This document shows, in pieces, positions 26,101 through 41,300 of a DNA stretch of 64,000 bases. The stretch comes from Eledone cirrhosa (lineage: Eukaryota). Both the position numbers and the translations under genes were made by a program. The notes under the pieces are model-generated. The model did no database searches. It saw only the letters and a program-made list of their open reading frames with translations, and was not told the DNA's origin. The stretch lies in assembly GCA_964016885.1 (NCBI GenBank), contig OZ024742.1:375906001-375970000 (forward strand), given 5' to 3'. Each line of letters begins with the position of its first letter. Positions within the stretch are counted from its first letter, which is position 1.

Positions 26101-29100
26101 ACCTAGTAAACACCAGCTCTGGTTATATAAAACTAGATAGACAACTGGTATTGACACTAGTACCAACCTAGTAAACACTAGCTCTGGTTATATAAAACTA
26201 GATAGAGAACAACTAGTATTGACACTAGTACCAACCTAGTAAACACCAGCTCTGGTTATATAAAACTAGATAGAGAACAACTGGTATTGACACTAATACC
26301 AACCTAGTAAACACTAGCTCTGGTTATATAAAACTAGATGAGGAACAACTGGTATTGACACTAGTACCAACCTAGTAAACACCAGCCCTGGTAATATAAA
26401 ACTAGATGGAGAACAACAGGTATTGACACTAGTACCAACCTAGTAAACACAAGCTCTGGTTATATAAAACTAGATAGACAACTGGTATTGACACTAGTAC
26501 CAACCTAGTAAACACCAGCTCTGGTTATATAAAATTAGATGGGGAACAATTAGTATTGACACTAGTACCAACCTAGTAAACACCAGCTCTGGTTATATAA
26601 AACTAAATAGAGTACATCTGGTATTGACACTAGTACCAACCTAGTAAACACCAGCTCTGGTTATATAAAACTAGGGAGAGAACTGGTATAGACACTAGTA
26701 CCAACCTAGTAAACACCAGCTCTGCTTATATAAAACTAGGGAGAGAACTGGTATAGACACTAGTACCAACCTAGTAAACACCAGCTCTGGTTATATAAAA
26801 CTAGATGGAGAACAACTGGTATTGACACTAGTACCAACCCAGTAAACACCAGCTCTGGTTATATAAAACTAGATAGAGAACAACTGGTATTGACACTAGT
26901 ACCAACCTGGTAAACACCAGCTCTGGTTACATAAAATTAGATGGAGAACAATTGATATTGACACTAGTACCAACATAGTAAACACCAGCTCTGGTTATAT
27001 AAAACTAGATAGAGAACAACTGGTATTGACACTAGTACCAACCTAGTAAACACCAGCTCTGGTTATAGAAAACTAGGGAGAGAACTGGTATAGACACTAG
27101 TACCAACCTAGTAAACACCAGCTCTGGTTATATAAAACTAGGGAGAGAACTGGTATAGACACTAGTACCAACCTAGTAAACACCAGCTCTGGTTATATAA
27201 AGCTAGATGGAGAACAACTGGTATTGACACTAGTACCAACCCAGTAAACACCAGCTCTGGTTATATAAAACTAGATAGAGAACAACTGGTATTGACACTA
27301 GTACCAACCTGGTAAACACCAGCTCTGGTTATATAAAATTAGATGGAGAACAATTGATATTGACACTAGTACCAACATAGTAAACACCAGCTCTGGTTAT
27401 ATAAAACTAGATAGAGAACAACTGGTATTGAAACTAGTACCAACCTAGTAAACACCAGCTCTGGTTATATAAAACTAGATAGAGAACAACTGGTATTGAC
27501 ACTAGTACCAACCTAGTAAACACCAGTTCTGGTTATATAAAACTAGATAGAAAACAACTGGTATTGACACTAGTACCAACCTAGTAAACACTAAGCTCTG
27601 GTTATATAAAACTAGATGAGGAACAACTGGTATTGACACTAGTACCAACCTAGTAAACACCAGCCCTGGTAATATAAAACTAGATAGAGAACAACTGGTA
27701 TTGAAACTAGTACCAATCTAGTAAACACAAGCTCTGGTAATATAAAACTAGATAGAGAACAACTGGTATTGAGACTAGTACCAACCTAGTAAACACCAGC
27801 TCTGGTTATATAAAACTAGATAGAGAACAACTGGTATTGACACTAGTACCAACCTAGTAAACACTAAGCTCTGGTTATATAAAACTAGATGAGGAACAAC
27901 TGGTATTGACACTAGTACCAACCTAGTAAACACCAGCTCTGATTATATAAAACTAGATAGAGAACAACTGGTATTGACACTAGTACCAACCTGGTAAACA
28001 CCAGCTCTGGTTATATAAGATTAGATGGAGAACAATTGGTATTGTAACTAGTACCAACCTAGAAAACACCAGCTCTGTTTATATAAAATTAGATAGAGAA
28101 CAACTGGTATTGACACTAGTACCAACCTAGTAAACACCAGCTCTGGTCATATAAAACTAGATAGAGAACAACTGGTATTGACACTAATACCAACCTAGTA
28201 AACACCAGCTCTGGTTATATAAAACTAGATAGAGAACAACTGGTATTGACACTAGTACCAACCTAGTAAACACCAGCTCTGGTTATATAAAACTAGATAG
28301 AGAACAACTGGTATTGACACTAGTACCAACCTAGTAAACACTAGCTCTGGTTATATAAAACTAGATAGAGAACAACAGGTATTGACACTAGTACCAACCT
28401 AGTAAACACCAGCTCTGGTTATATAAAACTAGGGAGAGACTGGTATAGACACTAGTACCAACCTAGTAAACACCAGCTCTGGTTATATAAAGCTAGATGG
28501 AGAACAACTGGTATTGACACTAGTACCAACCTAGTAAACACTAGCTCTGGTTATATAAAACTAGATGGAGAACAACTGGTATTGACACTAGTACCAATCT
28601 AGTAAACACCAGCTCTGGTTATATAACACTAGATAGAGAACAACTGGTATTGACACTAGTACCAACCTAGTAAACACTAAGCTCTGGTTATATAAAACTA
28701 GATGAGGAACAACTGGTATTGACACTAGTACCAACCTAGTAAACACTAGCTCTGGTTATATAAAACTAGATGGAGAACAACTGGTATTGACACTAGTACC
28801 AACCTAGCAAACACTAGCTCTGGTTATATAAAACTAGATGGAGAACAACTGGTATTGACACTAGTACCAATCTAGTAAACACCAGCTCTGGTTATATAAA
28901 ACTAGATAGAGAACAACTGGTATTGACACTAGTACCAACCTAGTAAACACCAGCTCTGGTTATATAACACTAGATAGAGAACAACTGGTATTGACACTAA
29001 TACCAACCTAGTAAACACTAGCTCTGGTTATATAAAACTAGATGAGGAACAACTGGTATTGACACTAGTACCAACCTAGTAAACACCAGCCCTGGTAATA

Positions 29101-32100
29101 TAAAACTAGATGGAGAACAACAGGTATTGACACTAGTACCAACCTAGTAAACACAAGCTCTGGTTATATAAAACTAGATAGACAACTGGTATTGACACTA
29201 GTACCAACCTAGTAAACACTAGCTCTGGTTATATAAAACTAGATAGAGAACAACTGGTATTGACACTAGTACCAACCTAGTAAACACTAGCTCTGGTTAT
29301 ATAAAACTAGATGGAGAACAACTGGTATTGACACTAGTACCAATCTAGTAAACACCAGCTCTGGCTATATAAAACTAGATAGAGAACAACTGGTATTGAC
29401 ACTAGTACCAACCTAGTAAACACCAGCTCTGGTTATATAAAACTAGATAGAGAACAACTGGTATTGACACTAGTACCAACCTAGTAAACACCAGCCCTGG
29501 TAATATAAAACTAGATGGAGAACAACAGGTATTGACACTAGTACCAACCTAGTAAACACAAGCTCTGGTTATATAAAACTAGATAGACAACTGGTATTGA
29601 CACTAGTACCAACCTAGTAAACACCAGCTCTGGTTATATAAAATTAGATGGGGAACAATTAGTATTGACACTAGTACCAACCTAGTAAACACCAGCTCTG
29701 GTTATATAAAACTAAATAGAGTACATCTGGTATTGACACTAGTACCAACCTAGTAAACACCAGCTCTGGTTATATAAAACTAGGGAGAGAACTGGTATAG
29801 ACACTAGTACCAACCTAGTAAACACCAGCTCTGGTTATATAAAACTAGATGGAGAACAACTGGTATTGACACTAGTACCAACCCAGTAAACACCAGCTCT
29901 GGTTATATAAAACTAGATATAGAACAACTGGTATTGACACTAGTACCAACCTGGTAAAGACCAGCTCTGGTTACATAAAATTAGATGGAGAACAATTGAT
30001 ATTGACACTAGTACCAACATAGTAAACACCAGCTCTGGTTATATAAAACTAGATAGAGAACAACTGGTATTGACACTAGTACCAACCTAGTAAACACCAG
30101 CTCTGGTTATAGAAAACTAGGGAGAGAACTGGTATAGACACTAGTACCAACCTAGTAAACACCAGCTCTGGTTATATAAAACTAGGGAGAGAACTGGTAT
30201 AGACACTAGTACCAACCTAGTAAACACCAGCTCTGGTTATATAAAGCTAGATGGAGAACAACTGGTATTGACACTAGTACCAACCCAGTAAACACCAGCT
30301 CTGGTTATATAAAACTAGATAGAGAACAACTGGTATTGACACTAGTACCAACCTGGTAAACACCAGCTCTGGTTATATAAAATTAGATGGAGAACAATTG
30401 ATATTGACACTAGTACCAACATAGTAAACACCAGCGCTGGTTATATAAAACTAGATAGAGAACAACTGGTATTGAAACTAGTACCAACCTAGTAAACACC
30501 AGCTCTGGTTATATAAAACTAGATAGAGAACAACTGGTATTGACACTAGTACCAACCTAGTAAACACCAGTTCTGGTTATATAAAACTAGATAGAAAACA
30601 ACTGGTATTGAGACTAGTACCAACCTAGTAAACACCAGCCCTGGTAATATAAAACTAGATAGAGAACAACTGGTATTGAAACTAGTACCAATCTAGTAAA
30701 CACAAGCTCTGGTAATATAAAACTAGATAGAGAACAACTGGTATTGAGACTAGTACCAACCTAGTAAACACCAGCTCTGGTTATATAAAACTAGATAGAG
30801 AACAACTGGTATTGACACTAGTACCAACCTAGTAAACACAAAGCTCTGGTTATATAAAACTAGATGAGGAACAACTGGTATTGACACTAGTACCAACCTA
30901 GTAAACACCAGCTCTGATTATATAAAACTAGATAGAGAACAACTGGTATTGACACTGGTACCAACCTGGTAAACACCAGCTCTGGTTATATAAGATTAGA
31001 TGGAGAACAATTGGTATTGAAACTAGTACCAACCTAGAAAACACCAGCGCTGTTTATATAAAATTAGATAGAGAACAACTGGTATTGACACTAGTACCAA
31101 CCTAGTAAACACCAGCTCTGGTCATATAAAACTAGATAGAGAACAACTGGTATTGACACTAATACCAACCTAGTAAACACCAGCTCTGGTTATATAAAAC
31201 TAGATAGAGAACAACTGGTATTGACACTAGTACCAACCTAGTAAACACCAGCTCTGGTTATATAAAACTAGATAGAGAACAACTGGTATTGACACTAGTA
31301 CCAACCTAGTAAACACTAGCTCTGGTTATATAAAACTAGATAGAGAACAACAGGTATTGACACTAGTACCAACCTAGTAAACACCAGCTCTGGTTATATA
31401 AAACTAGGGAGAGACTGGTATAGACACTAGTACCAACCTAGTAAACACCAGCTCTGGTTATATAAAGCTAGATAGAGAACAATGGTATTGACACTAGTAC
31501 CAACCTAGTAAACACCAGCTCTGGTTATATAAAACTAGATAGACAACTGGTATTGACACTAGTACCAACCTAGTAAACACCAGTTCTGGTTATATAAAAC
31601 TAGATAGACAACTGGTATTGACACTAGTACCAACCTAGTAAACACCAGCCCTGGTAATATAAAACTAGATAGAGAACAACTGGTATTGACACTAGTACCA
31701 ACCTAGTAAACACCAGCTCTGGTTATATAAAACTAGGGAGAGAACTGATATACACACTAGTATCAACCTAGTAAACACCAGCTCTGGTTATATAAAACTA
31801 GATAGAGAACAACTGGTATTGACACTAGTACCAACCTAGTAAACACCAGCTCTGGTTATATAAAACTAGATAGAGAACAACTGGTATTGACACTAGTACC
31901 AACCTAGTAAACACCAGCTCTGGTTATATAAAACTAGATGGAGAACAACTGGTATTGACACTAGTACCAACCTAGTAAACACCAGCTCTGGTTATATAAA
32001 ACTAGATTGAGAACAACTGGTATTGACACTAGTACCAACCTGGTAAACACCAGCTCTTGTTATATGAAATTAGATGGAGAACAATTGGTATTGACACTAG

Positions 32101-32308
32101 TACCAACATAGTAAACACCACCTCTGGTTATATAAAACTAGATAGAGAACAACTGGTATTGAGACTAGTACCAACCTAGTAAACACCAGCTCTGGTTATA
32201 TAAAACTAGATAGAGAACAACTGGTATTGACACTAGTACCAACCTAGTAAACACCAGCTCTGGTTATATAAAACTAGATAGAGAACTGGTATTGAGACTA
32301 GTACCAAC
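20500..32308 (+). repeat. Block duplication, offset 6274 bp (~20.5-26.0 kb matches ~26.8-32.3 kb)
   Basis: TAGCAAAC 22531/28805, AGATATAGAA 23641/29915, CGCTGG 24161/30435, GATTGAG 25731/32005. Confidence 0.9.
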
Positions 32309-35300
32309 CTAGTAAACACCATCCCTGATAATATAAAACTAGATAGAGAAAAACTGGTATTGAAACTAGTACCAACCTAGTAAACACAAGCTCTGGTAAT
32401 GTAAAACTAGATGGAGAACAACTGGTATTGACACTAGTACCAATCTAGTAAACACCAGCTCTGGTTATATAAAACTAGATAGAGAACAACTGGTATTGAC
32501 ACTAGTACCAACCTAGTAAACACCAGCTCTGGTTATATAAAACTAGATAGACAACTGGTATTGACACTAGTACCAACCTAGTAAACACTAGCTCTGGTTA
32601 TATAAAACTAGATAGAGAACAACTAGTATTGACACTAGTACCAACCTAGTAAACACCAGCTCTGGTTATATAAAACTAGATGGAGAACAACTGGTATTGG
32701 CACTAGTACCAATCTAGTAAACACCAGCTCTGGTTATATAAAACTAGATAGAGAACAACTGGTATTGACACTAGTACCAACCTAGTAAACACCAGCTCTG
32801 GTTATATAAAACTAGATAGAGAACAACTGGTATTGACACTAATACCAACCTAGTAAACACTAGCTCTGGTTATATAAAACTAGATGAGGAACAACTGGTA
32901 TTGACACTAGTACCAACCTAGTAAACACAAGCTCTGGTTATATAAAACTAGATAGACAACTGGTATTGACACTAGTCCCAACCTAGTAAACACCAGCTCT
33001 GGTTATATAAAATTAGATGGAGAACAATTGGTATTGACACTAGTACCAACCTAGTAAACACCAGCTCTGGTTATATAAAACTAAATAGAGTACATCTGGT
33101 ATTGACACTAGTACCAACCTAGTAAACACCAGCTCTGGTTATATAAAACTAGGGAGAGAACTGGTATAGACACTAGTACCAACCTAGTAAACACCAGCTC
33201 TGGTTATATAAAACTAGGGAGAGAACTGGTATAGACACTAGTACCAACCTAGTAAACACCAGCTCTGGTTATATAAAACTAGATGGAGAACAACTGGTAT
33301 TGACACTAGTACCAACCCAGTAAACACCAGCTCTGGTTATATAAAACTAGATAGAGAACAACTGGTATTGACACTAGTACCAACCTGGTAAACACCAGCT
33401 CTGGTTACATAAAATTAGATGGAGAACAATTGATATTGACACTAGTACCAACATAGTAAACACCAGCTCTGGTTATATAAAACTAGATAGAGAACAACTG
33501 GTATTGACACTAGTACCAACCTAGTAAACACCAGCTCTGGTTATATAAAACTAGGGAGAGAACTGGTATAGACACTAGTACCAACCTAGTAAACACCAGC
33601 TCTGGTTATATAAAGCTAGATGGAGAACAACTGGTATTGACACTAGTACCAACCCAGTAAACACCAGCTCTGGTTATATAAAACTAGATAGAGAACAACT
33701 GGTATTGACACTAGTACCAACCTGGTAAACACCAGCTCTGGTTATATAAAATTAGATGGAGAACAATTGATATTGACACTAGTACCAACATAGTAAACAC
33801 CAGCTCTGGTTATATAAAACTAGATAGAGAACAACTGGTATTGAAACTAGTACCAACCTAGTAAACACCAGCTCTGGTTATATAAAACTAGATAGAGAAC
33901 AACTGGTATTGACACTAGTACCAACCTAGTAAACACCAGTTCTGGTTATATAAAACTAGATAGAAAACAACTGGTATTGAGACTAGTACCAACCTAGTAA
34001 ACACCAGCCCTGGTAATATAAAACTAGATAGAGAACAACTGGTATTGAAACTAGTACCAATCTAGTAAACACAAGCTCTGGTAATATAAAACTAGATAGA
34101 GAACAACTGGTATTGAGACTAGTACCAACCTAGTAAACACCAGCTCTGGTTATATAAAACTAGATAGAGAACAACTGGTATTGACACTAGTACCAACCTA
34201 GTAAACACTAAGCTCTGGTTATATAAAACTAGATGAGGAACAACTGGTATTGACACTAGTACCAACCTAGTAAACACCAGCTCTGGTTATATAAAACTAG
34301 ATAGACAACTGGTATTGACACTAGTCCCAACCTAGTAAACACCAGCTCTGGTTATATAAAATTAGATGGAGAACAATTGGTATTGACACTAGTACCAACC
34401 TAGTAAACACCAGCTCTGGTTATATAAAACTAAATAGAGTACATCTGGTATTGACACTAGTACCAACCTAGTAAACACCAGCTCTGGTTATATAAAACTA
34501 GGGAGAGAACTGGTATAGACACTAGTACCAACCTAGTAAACAGCAGCTCTGGTTATATAAAACTAGATGGAGAACAACTGGTATTGACACTAGTACCAAC
34601 CTGGTAAACACCAGCTCTGGTTATATAAAATTAGATGGAGAACAATTGATATTGACACTAGTACCAACATAGTAAACACCAGCTCTGGTTATATAAAACT
34701 AGATAGAGAACAACTGGTATTGAGACTAGTACCAACCTAGTAAACACCAGCTCTGGTGATATAAAACTAGATAGACAACAACTGGTATTGACACTAGTAC
34801 CAACCTAGTAAACACCAGTTCTGGTTATATAAAACTAGATAGAGAACAACTGGTATTGAGACTAGTACCAACCTAGTAAACACCAGCCCTGGTAATATAA
34901 AACTAGATAGAGAACAACTGGTATTGAAACTAGTACCAATCTAGTAAACACAAGCTCTGGTAATATAAAACTAGATAGAGAACAACTGGTATTGAGACTA
35001 GTACCAACCTAGTAAACACCAGCTCTGGTTATATAAAACTAGATAGAGAACAACTGGTATTGACACTAGTACCAACCTAGTAAACACTAAGCTCTGGTTA
35101 TATAAAACTAGATGAGGAACAACTGGTATTGACACTAGTACCAACCTAGTAAACACCAGCTCTGATTATATAAAACAAGATAGAGAACAACTGGTATTGA
35201 CACTAGTACCAACCTGGTAAACACCAGCTCTGGTTATATAAGATTAGATGGAGAACAATTGGTATTGAAACTAGTACCAACCTAGTAAACACCAGCTCTG

Positions 35301-38300
35301 TTTATATAAAATTAGATAGAGAACAACTGGTATTGACACTAGTACCAACCTAGTAAACACCAGCTCTGGTCATATAAAACTAGATAGAGAACAACTGGTA
35401 TTGACACTAATACCAACCTGGTACACACCAGCTCTGGTTATATAAAACTAGATAGAGAACAACTGGTATTGACACTAGTACCAACCTAGTAAACACCAGC
35501 TCTGGTTATATAAAACTAGATGGAGAACAACTGGTATTGACACTAGTACCAACCTAGTAAACACCAGCTCTGGTTATACAAAACTAGATAGAGAACAACT
35601 GGTATTGACACTAGTACCAACCTGGTAAACACCAGCTCTTGTTATATAAATCTAGGGAGAGAACTGATATACACACTAGTATCAACCTAGTAAACACCAG
35701 CTCTGGTTATATAAAACTAGATAGAGAACAACTGGTATTGACACTAGTACCAACCTAGTAAACACCAGCCCTGGTAATATAAAACTAGATAGAGAACAAC
35801 TGGTATTGACACTAGTACCAACCTAGTAAACACCAGCTCTGGTTATATAAATCTAGGGAGAGAACTGATATACACACTAGTATCAACCTAGTAAACACCA
35901 GCTCTGGTTATATAAAACTAGATAGAGAACAACTGGTATTGACACTAGTACCAACCTAGTAAACACCAGCTCTGGTTATATAAAACTAGATAGAGAACAA
36001 CTGGTATTGACACTAGTACCAACCTAGTAAACACCAGCTCTGGTTATATAAAACTAGATGGAGAACAACTGGTATTGACACTAGTACCAACCTAGTAAAC
36101 ACCAGCTCTGGTTATACAAAACTAGATAGAGAACAACTGGTATTGACACTAGTACCAACCTGGTAAACACCAGCTCTTGTTATATGAAATTAGATGGAGA
36201 ACAATTGGTATTGACACTAGTACCAACCTAGTAAACACCAGCTCTGGTTATATAAAACTAGATAGAGAACAACTGGTATTGACACTAGTACCAACCTAGT
36301 AAACACCAGCTCTGGTTATATAAAACTAGATAGAGAACTGGTATTGAGACTAGTACCAACCTAGTAAACAACATCCCTGGTAATATAAAACTAGATAGAG
36401 AACAACTGGTATTGAAACTAGTACCAATCTAGTAAACACAAGCTCTGGTAATGTAAAACTAGATAGAGAACAACTGGTATTGAGACTAGTACCAACCTAG
36501 TAAACACCAGCTCTGGTTATATAAAACTAGATGGAGAACAACTGGTATTGACACTAGTACCAATGTAGTAAACACCAGCTCTGGTTATATAAAACTAGAT
36601 AGAGAACAACTGGTATTGACACTAGTACCAATCTAGTAAACACCAGCTCTGGTTATATAAAACTAGATAGAGAACAACTGGTATTGACACTAGTACCAAC
36701 CTAGTAAACACCAGCTCTGGTTATATAAAACTAGATGGAGAACAACTGGTATTGACACTAGTACCAACCTAGTAAACACCAGCTCTGGTTATATAAAACT
36801 AGATGGAGAACAACTGGTATTGACACTAGTACCAATGTAGTAAACACCAGCTCTGGTTATATAAAACTAGATAGAGAACAACTGGTATTGAAACTAGTAC
36901 CAACCTAGTAAACACCAGCTCTGGTTATATAAAACTAGATGGAGAACAACTGGTATTGACACTAGTACCAATGTAGTAAACACCAGCTCTGGTTATATAA
37001 AACTAGATAGAGAACAACTGGTATTGACACTAGTACCAACCTAGTAAACACCAGCTCTGGTTATATAAAACTAGATGGAGAACAACTGGTATTGACACTA
37101 GTACCAATGTAGTAAACACCAGCTCTGGTTATATAAAACTAGATAGAGAACAACTGGTATTGAAACTAGTACCAACCTAGTAAACACCAGCTCTGGTTAT
37201 ATAAAACTAGATGGAGAACAACTGGTATTGACACTAGTACCAATGTAGTAAACACCAGCTCTGGTTATATAAAACTAGATAGAGAACAACTGGTATTGAC
37301 ACTAGTACCAATCTAGTAAACACCAGCTCTGGTTATATAAAACTAGATAGAGAACAACTGGTATTGACACTAGTACCAACCTAGTAAACACCAGCTCTGG
37401 TTATATAAAACTAGATAGAGAACAACTGGTATTGACACTAATACCAACCTAGTAAACACTAGCTCTGGTTATATAAAACTAGATGAGGAACAACTGGTAT
37501 TGACACTAGTACCAACCTAGTAAACACCAGCCCTGGTAATATAAAACTAGATGGAGAACAACAGGTATTGACACTAGTACCAACCTAGTAAACACAAGCT
37601 CTGGTTATATAAAACTAGATAGACAACTGGTATTGACACTAGTACCAACCTAGTAAACACCAGCTCTGGTTATATAAAATTAGATGGAGAACAATTAGTA
37701 TTGACACTAGTACCAACCTAGTAAACACCAGCTCTGGTTATATAAAACTAAATAGAGTACATCTGGTATTGACACTAGTACCAACCTAGTAAACACCAGC
37801 TCTGGTTATATAAAACTAGGGAGAGAACTGGTATAGACACTAGTACCAACCTAGTAAACACCAGCTCTGGTTATATAAAACTAGGGAGAGAACTGGTATA
37901 GACACTAGTACCAACCTAGTAAACACCAGCTCTGGTTATATAAAACTAGATGGAGAACAACTGGTATTGACACTAGTACCAACCCAGTAAACACCAGCTC
38001 TGGTTATATAAAACTAGATAGAGAACAACTGGTATTGACACTAGTACCAACCTGGTAAACACCAGCTCTGGTTATATAAAATTAGATGGAGAACAATTGA
38101 TATTGACACTAGTACCAACATAGTAAACACCAGCTCTGGTTATATAAAACTAGATAGAGAACAACTGGTATTGAGACTAGTACCAACCTAGTAAACACCA
38201 GCTCTGGTTATATAAAACTAGATAGAGAACAACTGGTATTGACACTAGTACCAACCTGGTAAACACCAGCTCTGGTTATATAAGATTAGATGGAGAACAA

Positions 38301-41300
38301 TTGGTATTGAAACTAGTACCAACCTAGTAAACACCAGCTCTGTTTATATAAAATTAGATAGAGAACAACTGGTATTGACACTAGTACCAACCTAGTAAAC
38401 ACTAAGCTCTGGTTATATAAAACTAGATGAGGAACAACTGGTATTGACACTAGTACCAACCTAGTAAACACCAGCTCTGATTATATAAAACTAGATAGAG
38501 AACAACTGGTATTGACACTAGTACCAACCTGGTAAACACCAGCTCTGGTTATATAAGATTAGATGGAGAACAATTGGTATTGAAACTAGTACCAACCTAG
38601 TAAACACCAGCTCTGTTTATATACAACTAGATAGAGAACAACTGGTATTGACACTAGTACCAACCTAGTAAACACCAGCTCTGTTTATATAAAATTAGAT
38701 AGAGAACAACTGGTATTGACACTAGTACCAACCTAGTAAACACCAGCTCTGGTCATATAAAACTAGATAGAGAACAACTGGTATTGACACTAATACCAAC
38801 CTGGTACACACCAGCTCTGGTTATATAAAACTAGATAGAGAACAACTGGTATTGACACTAGTACCAACCTAGTAAACACCAGCTCTGGTTATATAAAACT
38901 AGATAGAGAACAACTGGTATTGACACTAGTACCAACCTAGTAAACACTAGCTCTGGTTATATAAAACTAGATAGAGAACAAATGGTATTGACACTAGTAC
39001 CAACCTAGTAAACACCAGCTCTGGTTATATAAAACTAGATAGAGAACAACTGGTATTGACACTAGTACCAACCTAGTAAACACTAGCTCTGGTTATATAA
39101 AACTAGATAGAGAACAACTGGTATTGACACTAGTACCAACCTAGTAAACACCAGCTCTGGTTATATAAAACTAGATAGAGAACAACTGGTATTGACACTA
39201 GTACCAACCTAGTAAACACCAGCTCTGGTTATATAAAACTAGATAGAGAACAACTGGTATTGACACTAGTACCAACCTAGTAAACACTAGCTCTGGTTAT
39301 ATAAAACTAGATAGAGAACAACAGGTATTGACACTAGTACCAACCTAGTAAACACCAGCTCTGGTTATATAAAACTAGGGAGAGAACTGATATACACACT
39401 AGTATCAACCTAGTAAACACCAGCTCTGGTTATATAAAACTAGATAGAGAACAACTGGTATAGACACTAGTACCAACCTAGTAAACACCAGCTCTGGTTA
39501 TATAAAGCTAGATAGAGAACAATGGTATTGACACTAGTACCAACCTAGTAAACACCAGCTCTGGTTATATAAAACTAGATAGACAACTGGTATTGACACT
39601 ATTACCAACCTAGTAAACACCAGTTCTGGTTATATAAAACTAGATAGACAACTGGTATTGACACTAGTACCAACCTAGTAAACACCAGCCCTGGTAATAT
39701 AAAACTAGATAGAGAACAACTGGTATTGACACTAGTACCAACCTAGTAAACACCAGCTCTGGTTATATAAAACTAGGGAGAGAACTGATATACACACTAG
39801 TATCAACCTAGTAAACACCAGCTCTGGTTATATAAAACTAGATAGAGAACAACTGGTATTGACACTAGTACCAACCTAGTAAACACCAGCTCTGGTTATA
39901 TAAAACTAGATGGAGAACAACTGGTATTGACACTAGTACCAACCTAGTAAACACCAGCTCTGGTTATATAAAACTAGATAGACAACTGGTATTGACACTA
40001 GTACCAACCTAGTAAACACCAGTTCTGGTTATATAAAACTAGATAGACAACTGGTATTGACACTAGTACCAACCTAGTAAACACCAGCCCTGGTAATATG
40101 AAACTAAATAGAGAACAACTGGTATTGACACTAGTACCAACCTAGTAAACACCAGCTCTGGTTATATAAAACTAGGGAGAGAACTGATATACACACTAGT
40201 ATCAACCTAGTAAACACCAGCTCTGGTTATATAAAACTAGATAGAGAACAACTGGTATTGACACTAGTACCAACCTAGTAAACACCAGCTCTGGTTATAT
40301 AAAACTAGATAGAGAACAACTGGTATTGACACTAGTACCAACCTAGTAAACACCAGCTCTGGTTATATAAAACTAGATGGAGAACAACTGGTATTGACAC
40401 TAGTACCAACCTAGTAAACACCAGCTCTGGTTATATAAAACTAGATTGAGAACAACTGGTATTGACACTAGTACCAACCTGGTAAACAGCAGCTCTTGTT
40501 ATATGAAATTAGATGGAGAACAATTGGTATTGACACTAGTACCAACATAGTAAACACCAGCTCTGGTTATATAAAACTAGATAGAGAACAACTGGTATTG
40601 AGACTAGTACCAACCTAGTAAACACCAGCTCTGGTTATATAAAACTAGATAGAGAACAACTGGTATTGACACTAGTACCAACCTAGTAAACACCAGCTCT
40701 GGTTATATAAAACTAGATAGAGAACTGGTATTGAGACTAGTACCAACCTAGTAAACACCATCCCTGGTAATATAAAACTAGATAGAGAACAACTGGTATT
40801 GAAACTAGTACCAACCTAGTAAACACAAGCTCTGGTAATGTAAAACTAGATGGAGAACAACTGGTATTGACACTAGTACAAATCTAGTAAACACCAGCTC
40901 TAGTTATATAAAACTAGATAGAGAACAACTGGTATTGACACTAGTACCAACCTAGTAAACACCAGCTCTGGTTATATAAAACTAGATAGACAACTGGTAT
41001 TGACACTAGTACCAACCTAGTAAACACTAGCTCTGGTTATATAAAACTAGATAGAGAACAACTAGTATTGACACTAGTACCAACCTAGTAAACACCAGCT
41101 CTGGTTATATAAAACTAGATGGAGAACAACTGGTATTGGCACTAGTACCAATCTAGTAAACACCAGCTCTGGTTATATAAAACTAGATAGAGAACAACTG
41201 GTATTGACACTAGTACCAACCTAGTAAACACCAGCTCTGGTTATATAAAACTAGATAGAGAACAACTGGTATTGACACTAATACCAACCTAGTAAACACT

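Noticed and set aside
5240-26730. Offset 8916 is exactly 2 x 4458, hinting at a global 4458-bp period
   Set aside because: The markers do not continue at 4458 spacing (the third copy is at +3027/3095), and offsets are quantised by monomer length, so coincidence is likely.
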